Source: Escherichia coli O157:H7 (GTDB lineage Bacteria > Pseudomonadota > Gammaproteobacteria > Enterobacterales > Enterobacteriaceae). From it: a DNA stretch of 64,000 bases. A model generated the notes under the pieces. The model saw only the letters and a list, made by a program, of their open reading frames with translations, was not told where the DNA came from and did no database searches. Both the position numbers and the translations under genes were made by a program. Where the stretch lies: assembly GCF_013167455.1 (NCBI RefSeq), contig NZ_CP038328.1. One strand, 5' to 3'. Position 1 is the first letter of the stretch, and each line of letters begins with the position of its first letter. Positions 10,581-24,449 of this stretch are shown piece by piece.

Positions 10581-11993
10581 TTACAGGACGTGAACAGATG
10601 CGGTGTTAGTAGTGCCGCTCGGTACCAGTGCACCAGAAACCATAACTACAACGTCACCTTTGTGTGCCAGACCGCTCTGCAGAGCCAGTTCTTTACCCAG
10701 ACGGTAGAAATCATCAGTAGAAGTGATCTCTTTAACCAGCTGCGGCACAACGCCTTTGCTCAGTACCAACTGATGAGCCGTTTTTTCGTTGGTGGTCAGT
10801 GCCAGGATGGTGGCATCCGGGAAGTATTTACGTACTGCGCGAGCAGATTTACCGCCCTGGGTAGCAACCACGATCAGCGGAGCATCCAGTTTTTCAGCAG
10901 TTTCAACGGCACCACGGCATACCGCTTCGGTAATGCGCAGTTTACGGTTGTCATTGTTGAACTCGAGACGGCTGTTCATCACGCGGTCGGTACGTTCGCA
11001 GATGGTCGCCATGATAGAAACCGCTTCCAGCGGGTATTTACCTTTTGCGGATTCACCAGACAGCATCACTGCGTCAGTACCGTCGAGGATGGCGTTTGCA
11101 ACGTCACCGGCTTCTGCGCGAGTCGGGCGTGGGTTTTTGATCATGGAATCCAGCATCTGGGTCGCAGTGATAACGACTTTACGTGCACGGATACATTTTT
11201 CGATCATCATCTTCTGGGCGAAGATAACTTCTTCTACCGGGATTTCTACACCCAGGTCGCCACGCGCAACCATGATGCCGTCAGAGGCTTCGAGGATTTC
11301 GTCGAAGTTGTTGAGGCCTTCCTGGTTTTCGATTTTGGAGATGATGTGGATGTTTTCGCCGCCGTGCGCTTTCAGGTGCTCACGGATTTCGATAACGTCA
11401 GAACGCTTACGAATAAAGGAAGCAGCGACAAAGTCTACGCCTTGTTCGCAACCAAAGATCAGGTCCTGTTTGTCTTTTTCAGCCAGTGCTGGCAGGGCAA
11501 TGGAAACGCCAGGCAGGTTCACACCTTTGTTTTCACCCAGGTCGCCGTTGTTCAGCACTTTACAGATAACTTTGTTACCTTCAATGGCAGTAACTTCCAT
11601 ACCGATCAGACCATCGTCAACCAGTACGGTGTTGCCAACAGACAGGTCAGTTGTGAAACCTTCATACGTTACCGCAACCATTTCGCTGTTGCCGATAACA
11701 GATTTATCAGTAGTGAAAGTAAAGGTCTGACCAGCTTTCAGAGAAACGTCGTTACCGCCTTCCAGTTTCATGGTGCGGATTTCCGGACCTTTGGTATCAA
11801 GCAGGATAGCGGCGGTTTTACCAGTTTTGCTCATCACGTTGCGCAGATTCTGAATGCGCTGACCGTGTTCTGCATAGTCACCATGAGAGAAGTTCAGACG
11901 CATAACGTTCATGCCAGCGTCCAGCATTTTAGCTAACATCTCTTCAGATTCGGTTTTCGGTCCGATGGTGCAAACAATTTTGGTCTTTTTCAT
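10581..11993 (-). CDS. pykF: Pyruvate kinase I (470 aa)
   Basis: Start at [12 protein letters not shown] (ATG revcomp at 11991-11993); track ORF 10581..12209 is an N-terminal over-extension. Confidence 0.95.
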
Positions 11994-12549
11994 GACAGTC
12001 TTAGTCTTTAAGTTGAGAAGGATGGGAGAAACTTGCTTTCTGGGCGCACTGCCGGAAAGCGAATCCGGTATTACGAAAGTGGTGGTGCCTCGCTCTAAGG
12101 ATAGGTGACATCGAAAAAGCGTGCAGAGGAATGTGTGCTTGTGTCTCAGCCCAACGTGAGTGCCTGTTTTTGAGTCGTTGAGTTCTACAGTCCAAAGTGC
12201 TGAAACCATTCAAGAGTCAATTGGCGCGCATTATACGCTGAAATTAATCCAAAAGGAAAACAAAAACAGCGTTTCAAAAAATATACAACTTGTTAGACAA
12301 TAAATTGTTATCAAAGATTTAACGTTCCAGGGAAAAGGTTACGCAAAAACTTCGCTGTTTGCGCAACGTCTGGTGCCGGGGTTGTCACTGTGAAGATAAG
12401 TGAAAGTTCATCCGGTGTATAAATACATCATCGCTCAATTGCTACAGTTAAAATAATTTATCGCGTTATTTGTCTGATTTTGTTTGATTTTTGTTTAATT
12501 GGTTAGATTGATATATGCTGATAGTTGGCATGATAAATAGGTATAAAGA

Positions 12550-12759
12550 ATGGGAAATCGGACAAAAGAGGATGAACTGTACCGAGAAATGTGCAGAGTT
12601 GTCGGTAAAGTTGTGCTGGAAATGCGCGATCTGGGGCAGGAACCAAAGCATATTGTTATCGCAGGCGTATTACGTACAGCATTAGCCAATAAACGCATTC
12701 AGCGCAGTGAGCTGGAAAAGCAGGCGATGGAAACCGTCATTAACGCACTGGTAAAATGA
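12550..12759 (+). CDS. fumD: Fumarase D (YdhZ), 69 aa
   Basis: 69-aa ORF; position between pykF and ydhY matches K-12. Confidence 0.7.
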   Translation: MGNRTKEDELYREMCRVVGKVVLEMRDLGQEPKHIVIAGVLRTALANKRIQRSELEKQAMETVINALVK

Positions 12760-12999
12760 CCATTCAGGATGAGGCGATAAGCTTCATCCTGATATTCTTG
12801 CTTCAGTTGCGGTCCAGTTAATCATTCTAAATAACAACTGCTGAAATTATACGAATTTCGATATGTGTTTTAATTTGTAACGATAATATTATTTTTATTT
12901 TCTGCAATGACCGTCACAAATAATTGTCGCTTAAGTTAAATTCATTTCAAATGATAATAAATATCAGTTCACTTATAATTTCTTGCTTTGTAATTTTAA

Positions 13000-13013
13000 T
13001 TGATAATGATCAA
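13000..13013. promoter_or_regulatory. FNR-box (TTGAT-N4-ATCAA) upstream of ydhY
   Basis: ttgataatgatcaa, a perfect match to the FNR/CRP-family half-sites with FNR spacing, in the AT-rich region before ydhY. Confidence 0.5.
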
Positions 13014-13214
13014 TGTTAAGAGCCCAGAATAACCACATTATTTTTTCTCCTAACCATAAAGGATTGGTTTATCGGCGTTAAATATTTTCTCATACACTAT
13101 CGGGTTAGGGAAAATATCTGGTGTTGGGGACAGAGTCAGCAGCGTATTAGCTGAATGCTTAATATCAGGCTGCTGAATTGTCAGCACTGTGTTTGCGAAG
13201 AGGATGCGAAATAA

Positions 13215-15964
<2,750 letters not shown>

Positions 15965-15967
15965 GGA

Positions 15968-16615
15968 ATGGGTAAGATGAACCATCAGGATGAATTGCCG
16001 TTAGCGAAAGTCAGCGAAGTTGACGAGGCGAAGCGGCAATGGTTGCAGGGGATGCGTCACCCCGTTGATACGGTAACCGAACCAGAACCGGCTGAAATCC
16101 TGGCAGAGTTCATTCGCCAGCATTCTGTGGCTGGGCAGCTGGTGGCGCGCGCCGTGTTTCTCTCGCCACCCTATTCAGTTGCAGAAGAGGAACTGTCAGT
16201 TTTGCTGGAAAACATCAAGCAGAACGGAGACTACGCGGATATCGCTTGTATGACGGGAAGTCAGGATGATTACTATTACTCAACGCAGGCCATGAGTGAA
16301 AACTACGCGGCGATGTCTTTGCAAGTTGTGGAGCAGGACATTTGTCGCGCCATTGCACACGCCGTTCGTTTTGAGTGCCAGACGTATCCTCGTCCTTACA
16401 AAGTCGCCATGCTGATGCAAGCGCCATATTACTTCCAGGAAGCGCAGATTGAAGCCGCGATCGCCGCAATGGATGTTGCACCTGAATATGCCGATATACG
16501 GCAGGTAGAGTCATCGACGGCGGTGTTGTACTTGTTTAGCGAGCGATTTATGACCTATGGCAAGGCTTATGGCTTATGCGAATGGTTCGAGGTAGAGCAG
16601 TTTCAGAACCCCTGA
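15968..16615 (+). CDS. ydhW: Uncharacterised protein YdhW
   Basis: 215 aa; operon position. Confidence 0.75.
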   Translation: MGKMNHQDELPLAKVSEVDEAKRQWLQGMRHPVDTVTEPEPAEILAEFIRQHSVAGQLVARAVFLSPPYSVAEEELSVLLENIKQNGDYADIACMTGSQDDYYYSTQAMSENYAAMSLQVVEQDICRAIAHAVRFECQTYPRPYKVAMLMQAPYYFQEAQIEAAIAAMDVAPEYADIRQVESSTAVLYLFSERFMTYGKAYGLCEWFEVEQFQNP

Positions 16616-16678
16616 AATTTCAGGGAGATGTCATGGATAGGGTGGACAGTTGCAGCCACTGCATTAGGGGATAATCAG

Positions 16679-17347
16679 ATGTCCTTCACTCGACGCAAAT
16701 TTGTTCTGGGGATGGGAACAGTAATCTTTTTTACTGGTTCTGCGTCTTCTCTGTTAGCGAACACGAGGCAAGAAAAGGAAGTTCGGTATGCCATGATTCA
16801 TGACGAGTCACGGTGCAATGGCTGTAATATTTGCGCCCGCGCATGCCGTAAAACTAACCACGCCCCCGCTCAGGGAAGCCGTTTATCGATAGCACACATT
16901 CCAGTCACCGATAACGACAACGAAACGCAGTATCACTTTTTTCGCCAGTCATGTCAGCACTGCGAAGATGCTCCGTGCATCGACGTATGCCCGACAGGGG
17001 CGTCGTGGCGTGATGAGCAGGGGATCGTGCGGGTAGAAAAATCGCAGTGCATCGGCTGCAGTTATTGCATTGGCGCTTGTCCGTACCAGGTTCGCTACCT
17101 TAACCCTGTCACTAAAGTGGCAGATAAATGTGATTTCTGCGCTGAGTCCCGACTGGCAAAAGGCTTTCCGCCCATTTGCGTCAGCGCTTGCCCGGAACAC
17201 GCATTGATCTTTGGTCGCGAAGATAGCCCTGAAATTCAGGCGTGGTTGCAGGATAATAAATACTATCAATATCAGCTACCTGGTGCCGGGAAACCGCATC
17301 TGTATCGCCGGTTCGGTCAACATTTGATTAAAAAGGAAAATGTATGA
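16679..17347 (+). CDS. ydhX: Tat-exported 4Fe-4S ferredoxin-like protein YdhX (222 aa)
   Basis: Start MSFTRRKFVLGMG with twin-arginine motif; four Cys clusters. Confidence 0.8.
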   Translation: MSFTRRKFVLGMGTVIFFTGSASSLLANTRQEKEVRYAMIHDESRCNGCNICARACRKTNHAPAQGSRLSIAHIPVTDNDNETQYHFFRQSCQHCEDAPCIDVCPTGASWRDEQGIVRVEKSQCIGCSYCIGACPYQVRYLNPVTKVADKCDFCAESRLAKGFPPICVSACPEHALIFGREDSPEIQAWLQDNKYYQYQLPGAGKPHLYRRFGQHLIKKENV

Positions 17348-18129
17348 ACCCGTCGCAACATGCTGAACAGTTTCAGAGCCAGTTAGCGAACTATGTGCCA
17401 CAGTTCACTCCCGAATTTTGGCCGGTGTGGTTGATCATTGCCGGAGTATTGCTGGTTGGGATGTGGTTGGTGCTGGGGCTGCACGCCTTGCTTCGTGCTC
17501 GTGGCGTGAAGAAATCAGCCACCGATCATGGTGAGAGGATTTATCTTTACAGCAAAGCGGTCAGATTATGGCACTGGTCGAATGCGTTACTCTTTGTATT
17601 GTTGCTGGCAAGTGGGCTGATAAATCACTTTGCGCTGGTGGGCGCAACTGCGGTTAAAAGTCTGGTTGCGGTGCATGAAGTTTGCGGATTTTTGTTACTG
17701 GCATGCTGGCTCGGCTTTGTTCTGATCAATGGCGTTGGGGGTAATGGCCACCACTATCGCATTCGTCGTCAGGGTTGGCTGGAGCGGGCGGCAAAACAAA
17801 CGCGATTTTATTTGTTTGGCATTATGCAGGGGGAAGAACATCCTTTCCCGGCAACAACCCAGTCTAAATTTAATCCCTTACAGCAGGTTGCCTATGTTGG
17901 TGTCATGTATGGATTGCTGCCGTTGTTACTATTGACGGGGCTGCTGTGTCTCTATCCGCAAGCCGTGGGAGATGTGTTTCCTGGCGTAAGATACTGGTTA
18001 TTGCAGGCGCATTTTGCTCTGGCATTTATAAGCCTCTTTTTTATCTTCGGTCATCTTTATCTTTGCACCACGGGGCGTACGCCACACGAAACCTTTAAAA
18101 GCATGGTCGATGGCTATCACCGGCACTAA
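17344..18129 (+). CDS. ydhU: Membrane cytochrome b / PhsC-like quinol anchor YdhU
   Basis: 261 aa; hydrophobic; 4-nt overlap with ydhX. Confidence 0.8.
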   Translation: MNPSQHAEQFQSQLANYVPQFTPEFWPVWLIIAGVLLVGMWLVLGLHALLRARGVKKSATDHGERIYLYSKAVRLWHWSNALLFVLLLASGLINHFALVGATAVKSLVAVHEVCGFLLLACWLGFVLINGVGGNGHHYRIRRQGWLERAAKQTRFYLFGIMQGEEHPFPATTQSKFNPLQQVAYVGVMYGLLPLLLLTGLLCLYPQAVGDVFPGVRYWLLQAHFALAFISLFFIFGHLYLCTTGRTPHETFKSMVDGYHRH

Positions 18130-18132
18130 CGA

Positions 18133-18945
18133 ATGATCATTACACGAGCAGACCTGCGAGAATGGCGTATCGGAGCGGTGATGTATCGCTGGTTCCTGCG
18201 CCATTTCCCACGCGGCGGTAGTTATGCCGATATTCATCATGCACTGATTGAGGAAGGATATACGGACTGGGCGGAGAGTCTGGTTGAGTATGCGTGGAAA
18301 AAATGGCTGGCGGATGAAAACTTCGCGCATCAGGAAGTTTCCTCTATGCAAAAACTGGCCACAGACCCCGGAGAGAGAGCATTTTGCAGTCAGTTTGCCC
18401 GCAGCGACGATCATGCTCGCATCGGCTGTTGTGAGGATAACGCCAGAATCGCAACCGCTGGGTATGCTGCACAAATTGCCAGTATGGGTTATAGCGTGCG
18501 GATTGGAAGTGTCGGCTTTAACAGTCACATTGGCAGCTCCGGTGAGCGCGCACGGGTTGCTGTAACCGGCAATTCTTCGCGGATAAGCAGCGCTGGAGAT
18601 AGCAGTCGGATTGCGAATACCGGAATGCGAGTACGCGTTTGTACATTGGGTAAACGGTGTCATGTCGCCAGTAATGGTGACCTGGTGCAAATCGCCAGCT
18701 TTGGCGCAAACGCCAGAATTGCCAACAGCGGCGACAATGTACACATCATTGCCAGCGGTGAAAATTCAACGGTAGTGAGCACGGGCGTGGTCGACTCAAT
18801 TATTCTCGGGCCAGGGGGCAGCGCCGCACTGGCATATCATGACGGCGAAAGAGTTCGCTTCGCCGTCGCCATTGAAGGTGAAAACAATATTCGAGCCGGA
18901 GTCCGCTATCGTCTTAATGAACAGCATCAGTTTGTTGAGTGCTGA
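18133..18945 (+). CDS. ydhT: Uncharacterised protein YdhT with nonapeptide repeats
   Basis: 270 aa; about 13 consecutive 9-residue units xxx[RQH][IV]xxxG. Confidence 0.8.
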   Translation: MIITRADLREWRIGAVMYRWFLRHFPRGGSYADIHHALIEEGYTDWAESLVEYAWKKWLADENFAHQEVSSMQKLATDPGERAFCSQFARSDDHARIGCCEDNARIATAGYAAQIASMGYSVRIGSVGFNSHIGSSGERARVAVTGNSSRISSAGDSSRIANTGMRVRVCTLGKRCHVASNGDLVQIASFGANARIANSGDNVHIIASGENSTVVSTGVVDSIILGPGGSAALAYHDGERVRFAVAIEGENNIRAGVRYRLNEQHQFVEC

Positions 18946-18956
18946 TAGCTTTACCT

Positions 18957-20561
18957 TTAATCAAACGAAAGACGCCGACGAGCACGGGATGCAGGCTTTA
19001 CGACCGCCCGAGCCATCGCCTCACCAATTTCTGCACATGCCGTAAGTCCCTGAACGAAAGGCTGGTCGTGCATCAACCAGGGCAACGCGCCGAACGCTAC
19101 GCGCCCACGAATATCTTCGGGTTGCTGTAACGTATAATCTTCACCAACATCAGGGATTTCATCCCCTGTTTTCTGTAATTGTTCGCGTAGTCCAGGGAAA
19201 GGAATATCTTTCACTTTAAGCGGACGCTGCCCGCGGGCATCAATAAAAACGTCAAACGAGTAGCTGTTGTCTTCCGTTTTCAGGACGGTGCGCGACTCGT
19301 TAATTTCCATTTTGTAGTCTTCACCGAGAGCGAGAATATGAATGATTCCCGCTTCACGTAAGGCAAGTAGGCGACGAATAGACTCTGAAGGGATTGCCGC
19401 ATAATTATCGATGAAAACCCGGGCAAGGCCTTTACTGAACCGTTTATGGTCGTGTTCATTCAGATGTGGAACAATTTCCTGTACGGCTTCATGCAGGCGC
19501 AGAATGACATAACGCCAGGGAACAGTATGTTTTTCTCGTTTATTGCGTTCGACTTCCTGGAGATTTTTTTCTGCCCAGTCAAATTGGTCGCGTTGTTTGC
19601 GCTCGGCAAACCAGGCTTGAGCAAAGGAATCGACATTCAGGCTCTCTAAGGCTATGCGTTGACTCCAGTCTGGATCAGCAAACTTGATTTCCTCTACTAT
19701 CAATCTAAATACCCGATCCAAAAGGCCATATTCGCCTTTTTGAATCTCAGCATTTAATGCCTGATCAGTGACGATGTGTAAGGGCTCGTAGGGAATAGGG
19801 CAATAGAAATCGGCTTCGGGTAAAATACCCGTGCGCGACATTAACGTAATATTTAGCTTTTCACTTGCGTTATCGCGGTGAAAAACGACGTGTTGTTTAT
19901 CATCTTCAATGAACGAACCATGCTGAATAGCCACTGCCATTGCCGCATCCAGTCCGCTCAAGGATGTTCCCATAATACCCACGTTACACGCATCGACCTT
20001 TGCTTCCATCAAGCCTGACCACGGGCTTGGAAAATACGTTCGGGTTGCTTCTTCTTCATCAGGCCAGACGTGACCCGTGGCGATCACCGCTAAATCAAAC
20101 GTCTCGCTGGGTAAATCCTGATTTGTAGCGAGCATGACGCCAGCATTTGTAATTTGCAGATCGGTAACCTGGCATGATTCATAAACAGCCACTGCAAATT
20201 TTTGCTTTCGTGCCTGGTCTACTAATCGTAAAAATTGATCGCGGAAATATTCGCCCAGCAGAATTCGCGGTAAAAACTGACGATCGTGCAAGGTTTCTTT
20301 TTTAACGCCATAACGCTGGAGATGACTGGCTTCTTGCTTTTGTAGCCATTCGAGATACGTACAATAAATCGGCGGTATTTCATTACTGGCAATATTTGCC
20401 AGCATCATTTTTGAGTTTTCCTCATCACTGTATGGCATCCCGACACCGGCCTCGTCAGCCTGCTCGAAGATAGAAATAGAAAGTGGAGTTTGTTGCTGTA
20501 GAAGCGAGAATAAGGTGTAGATCCCCGTAGGCCCGGCACCCACAATTGCAATTTTTTTCAT
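18957..20561 (-). CDS. ydhS: FAD/NAD(P)-binding protein YdhS, function unknown
   Basis: 534 aa; N-terminal MKKIAIVGAGPTG dinucleotide-binding motif. Confidence 0.8.
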   Translation of the reverse strand: MKKIAIVGAGPTGIYTLFSLLQQQTPLSISIFEQADEAGVGMPYSDEENSKMMLANIASNEIPPIYCTYLEWLQKQEASHLQRYGVKKETLHDRQFLPRILLGEYFRDQFLRLVDQARKQKFAVAVYESCQVTDLQITNAGVMLATNQDLPSETFDLAVIATGHVWPDEEEATRTYFPSPWSGLMEAKVDACNVGIMGTSLSGLDAAMAVAIQHGSFIEDDKQHVVFHRDNASEKLNITLMSRTGILPEADFYCPIPYEPLHIVTDQALNAEIQKGEYGLLDRVFRLIVEEIKFADPDWSQRIALESLNVDSFAQAWFAERKQRDQFDWAEKNLQEVERNKREKHTVPWRYVILRLHEAVQEIVPHLNEHDHKRFSKGLARVFIDNYAAIPSESIRRLLALREAGIIHILALGEDYKMEINESRTVLKTEDNSYSFDVFIDARGQRPLKVKDIPFPGLREQLQKTGDEIPDVGEDYTLQQPEDIRGRVAFGALPWLMHDQPFVQGLTACAEIGEAMARAVVKPASRARRRLSFD

Positions 20562-20656
20562 TGTTACTTACCTGTACGCATTCTTTCGAATTTAGTGTTA
20601 TCAGATAAGTTTGGTTGAGATTTTTAGAATTTGAGAAATTTCAGACAGGGATGAAA

Positions 20657-20674
20657 AGGGCGCTAACCGCCCTT
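20657..20674 (-). terminator. Putative ydhR terminator hairpin
   Basis: gggcgctaaccgccc inverted repeat just downstream of ydhR stop; on minus strand followed by ttttcat. Confidence 0.45.
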
Positions 20675-20686
20675 GATTAAATTCTG

Positions 20687-20992
20687 TCAGGCGAGTTTTG
20701 CCTGATTGATTTGACTCAGTGGCTCATTGACATCGAAAACTTTGGCGACAACTTCCTCAACGCCGAGTTTTTTCAGTTGGGCAGTGTGTTTTTCCAGATA
20801 GGCAAGGGCGCTTTTTTCATCAGTGAAAAGGTAGATCCCACCGGCTTCGTGGTTCTTTTCACTTTCTGTCCATACCTTCCACAGAAAACCAGGTTCCTGA
20901 TTAATCGACTCTGCAAGTGGTTTAAGCTGCTCAGCCATTGCGTCGCCAAATGGGCCATTAAAAGCAAAATGAAGTTGTAACAAAGTTGCCAT
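20687..20992 (-). CDS. ydhR: Small uncharacterised protein YdhR (101 aa)
   Basis: 101-aa ORF; synteny. Confidence 0.7.
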   Translation of the reverse strand: MATLLQLHFAFNGPFGDAMAEQLKPLAESINQEPGFLWKVWTESEKNHEAGGIYLFTDEKSALAYLEKHTAQLKKLGVEEVVAKVFDVNEPLSQINQAKLA

Positions 20993-21099
20993 AGCGATTC
21001 TCCTTCTGATAACGCATACGAAGACAGTGTAAATCTTTTAACGTATTGGATACAGAGAAGAAGCAGAGGGAAAAAGGAGAAGACCAGATTAACAAAATC

Positions 21100-21176
21100 T
21101 GGTGCGTCCGAGTGGACTCGAACCACCGACCCCCACCATGTCAAGGTGGTGCTCTAACCAACTGAGCTACGGACGC
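21100..21176 (-). tRNA. valV: tRNA-Val (GAC)
   Basis: Reverse complement reads GCGTCCGTAGCTCAGTTGGTTAGAGCACCACCTTGACATGGTGGGGGTCGGTGGTTCGAGTCCACTCGGACGCACCA; anticodon GAC; encoded CCA. Confidence 0.9.
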
Positions 21177-21180
21177 AGGA

Positions 21181-21257
21181 TGGTGCGTTCAATTGGACTC
21201 GAACCAACGACCCCCACCATGTCAAGGTGGTGCTCTAACCAACTGAGCTATGAACGC
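21181..21257 (-). tRNA. valW: tRNA-Val (GAC), second tandem copy
   Basis: Reverse complement reads GCGTTCATAGCTCAGTTGGTTAGAGCACCACCTTGACATGGTGGGGGTCGTTGGTTCGAGTCCAATTGAACGCACCA; 4-nt spacer from first copy. Confidence 0.9.
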
Positions 21258-21564
21258 AACGTTGTAGGTGACAACGGGGACGAATATTAGCGGCAGAGTG
21301 GGAAGGTGGCAAGAGGCAAAACGTAATTTTCTGCGCTATTTCGACCGTTTGCAGAGCTTTTAAGCAAATTGGCTATATTTTGTTGATTTGCAAGGGCGAT
21401 TTTTATTCAGGATCGCATTTACATCTGATACAACCCAATAATTCGTGTATCAGAGTTTAAACAGAGTTGTTTGCCACCATCTCAAATCTGTCGTGGATAA
21501 ATCCTCCGTAGCCTTTACACTTAGGTAGCAATAAAGGCACACAGATGCAGCAAAGGAATAAATC

Positions 21565-22821
21565 ATGGGATCTGATGCGAAAAACTTGATGAGCGACGGG
21601 AATGTGCAAATTGTTAAGACCGGCGAGGTCATTGGCGCGACGCAACTTACTGAAGGCGAGTTGATTGTTGAAGCTGGCGGAAGAGCCGAAAATACCGTGG
21701 TCACGGGGGCTGGCTGGTTGAAAGTGGCAACCGGTGGGATCGCCAAATGCACACAGTACGGTAACAATGGCACGCTATCGGTCAGCGACGGTGCCATTGC
21801 CACAGATATTGTTCAGTCCGAGGGAGGCGCAATTAGTCTCTCTACGCTCGCTACGGTTAATGGCCGCCATCCCGAAGGTGAATTCAGCGTTGATCAGGGT
21901 TATGCCTGCGGTTTGTTGCTGGAAAATGGCGGTAACCTGCGTGTACTGGAAGGACATCGCGCGGAAAAAATCATTCTCGATCAAGAGGGCGGCCTGTTGG
22001 TTAATGGGACAACCTCAGCGGTCGTGGTAGATGAAGGTGGTGAATTGTTGGTGTATCCAGGTGGGGAAGCCAGCAATTGTGAGATTAATCAGGGCGGCGT
22101 TTTTATGCTGGCGGGGAAAGCCAATGATACGTTGCTTGCTGATGGCACCATGAATAATCTCGGTGGTGAAGACTCTGACACTATTGTTGAGAATGGAGCC
22201 ATCTATCGTCTGGGGACGGATGGTCTTCAGCTCTACAGTTCCGGTAAGACGCAAAACCTGTCCGTTAATGTGGGTGGTCGGGCTGAAGTGCATGCCGGTA
22301 CGCTGGAAAATGCGGTAATACAAGGTGGAACAGTGATCCTGTTGTCACCCACCAGCGCGGACGAAAATTTTGTCGTAGAGGAAGATCGCGCACCGGTTGA
22401 ACTGACCGGGAGTGTTGCATTACTGGACGGCGCTTCAATGATTATTGGCTATGGCGCAGATCTGCAACAATCAACGATTACTGTACAGCAGGGCGGTGTA
22501 TTGATTCTCGACGGCAGTACGGTAAAAGGTGACAGTGTCACTTTCAGTATTGGTAACATCAATCTGAATGGCGGAAAACTGTGGCTGATCACTGGTGCGG
22601 CAACGCATGTGCAGCTGAAAGTGAAACGCCTGCGCGGAGAGGGAGCGATTTGCCTGCAAACCAGTGCGAAAGAAATTTCACCTGACTTCATCAATGTGAA
22701 AGGGGAAGTTAACGGGGATATACGCGTTCAGATAACAGATGCCAGTCGGCAAACTCTGTGTAACGCACTGAAACTACAGCCAGACGAAGACGGGATTGGC
22801 GCAACGCTCCAGCCTGCGTAA
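21565..22821 (+). CDS. ydhQ: Autotransporter-passenger-like (beta-helical adhesin-like) protein YdhQ, no beta-barrel domain
   Basis: 418 aa; degenerate Gly-rich repeats (..GGxxxxxV..NGG..) typical of AIDA/pertactin-type passengers. Confidence 0.75.
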   Translation: MGSDAKNLMSDGNVQIVKTGEVIGATQLTEGELIVEAGGRAENTVVTGAGWLKVATGGIAKCTQYGNNGTLSVSDGAIATDIVQSEGGAISLSTLATVNGRHPEGEFSVDQGYACGLLLENGGNLRVLEGHRAEKIILDQEGGLLVNGTTSAVVVDEGGELLVYPGGEASNCEINQGGVFMLAGKANDTLLADGTMNNLGGEDSDTIVENGAIYRLGTDGLQLYSSGKTQNLSVNVGGRAEVHAGTLENAVIQGGTVILLSPTSADENFVVEEDRAPVELTGSVALLDGASMIIGYGADLQQSTITVQQGGVLILDGSTVKGDSVTFSIGNINLNGGKLWLITGAATHVQLKVKRLRGEGAICLQTSAKEISPDFINVKGEVNGDIRVQITDASRQTLCNALKLQPDEDGIGATLQPA

Positions 22822-22827
22822 AAACAC

Positions 22828-22860
22828 AGGCGCACCCCGTGAAGGTTGCGCCTTGTCTTT
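22828..22860. terminator. Hairpin between convergent ydhQ and mdtK
   Basis: aggcgcacc ccgtgaa ggttgcgcct followed by tgtcttt. Confidence 0.4.
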
Positions 22861-22861
22861 A

Positions 22862-24256
<1,395 letters not shown>

Positions 24257-24449
24257 TTATATGAGAGACTAAAAAGCCGCCTGAATAGGCAGCAAAAAGA
24301 AGAAGCAGGGGAAATTCAGTCTATTGTAGCGAGGATTTATTAATTCTCCAGTGAAAAAATAGCCATTCTTACCCCTTCACTGGTAAGGGCGTTTTCCACC
24401 TGCTATTGTGCTGAACAGAATGTCTTAACTGATTTCAGGAGTTGTAAGT

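Noticed and set aside
10590-11936. 448-aa ORF on + strand antisense to pykF (and the nested 313-aa ORF 10789..11730)
   Set aside because: Fully contained in the opposite strand of the highly conserved pykF gene; the translation is low-complexity with no recognisable motifs. Shadow ORF.
12760-13214. AT-rich 455-bp region upstream of ydhY as a possible sRNA or mobile-element remnant
   Set aside because: No terminator hairpin, inverted repeats or ORF; it contains a perfect FNR box and looks like a curved promoter/leader region for ydhY.
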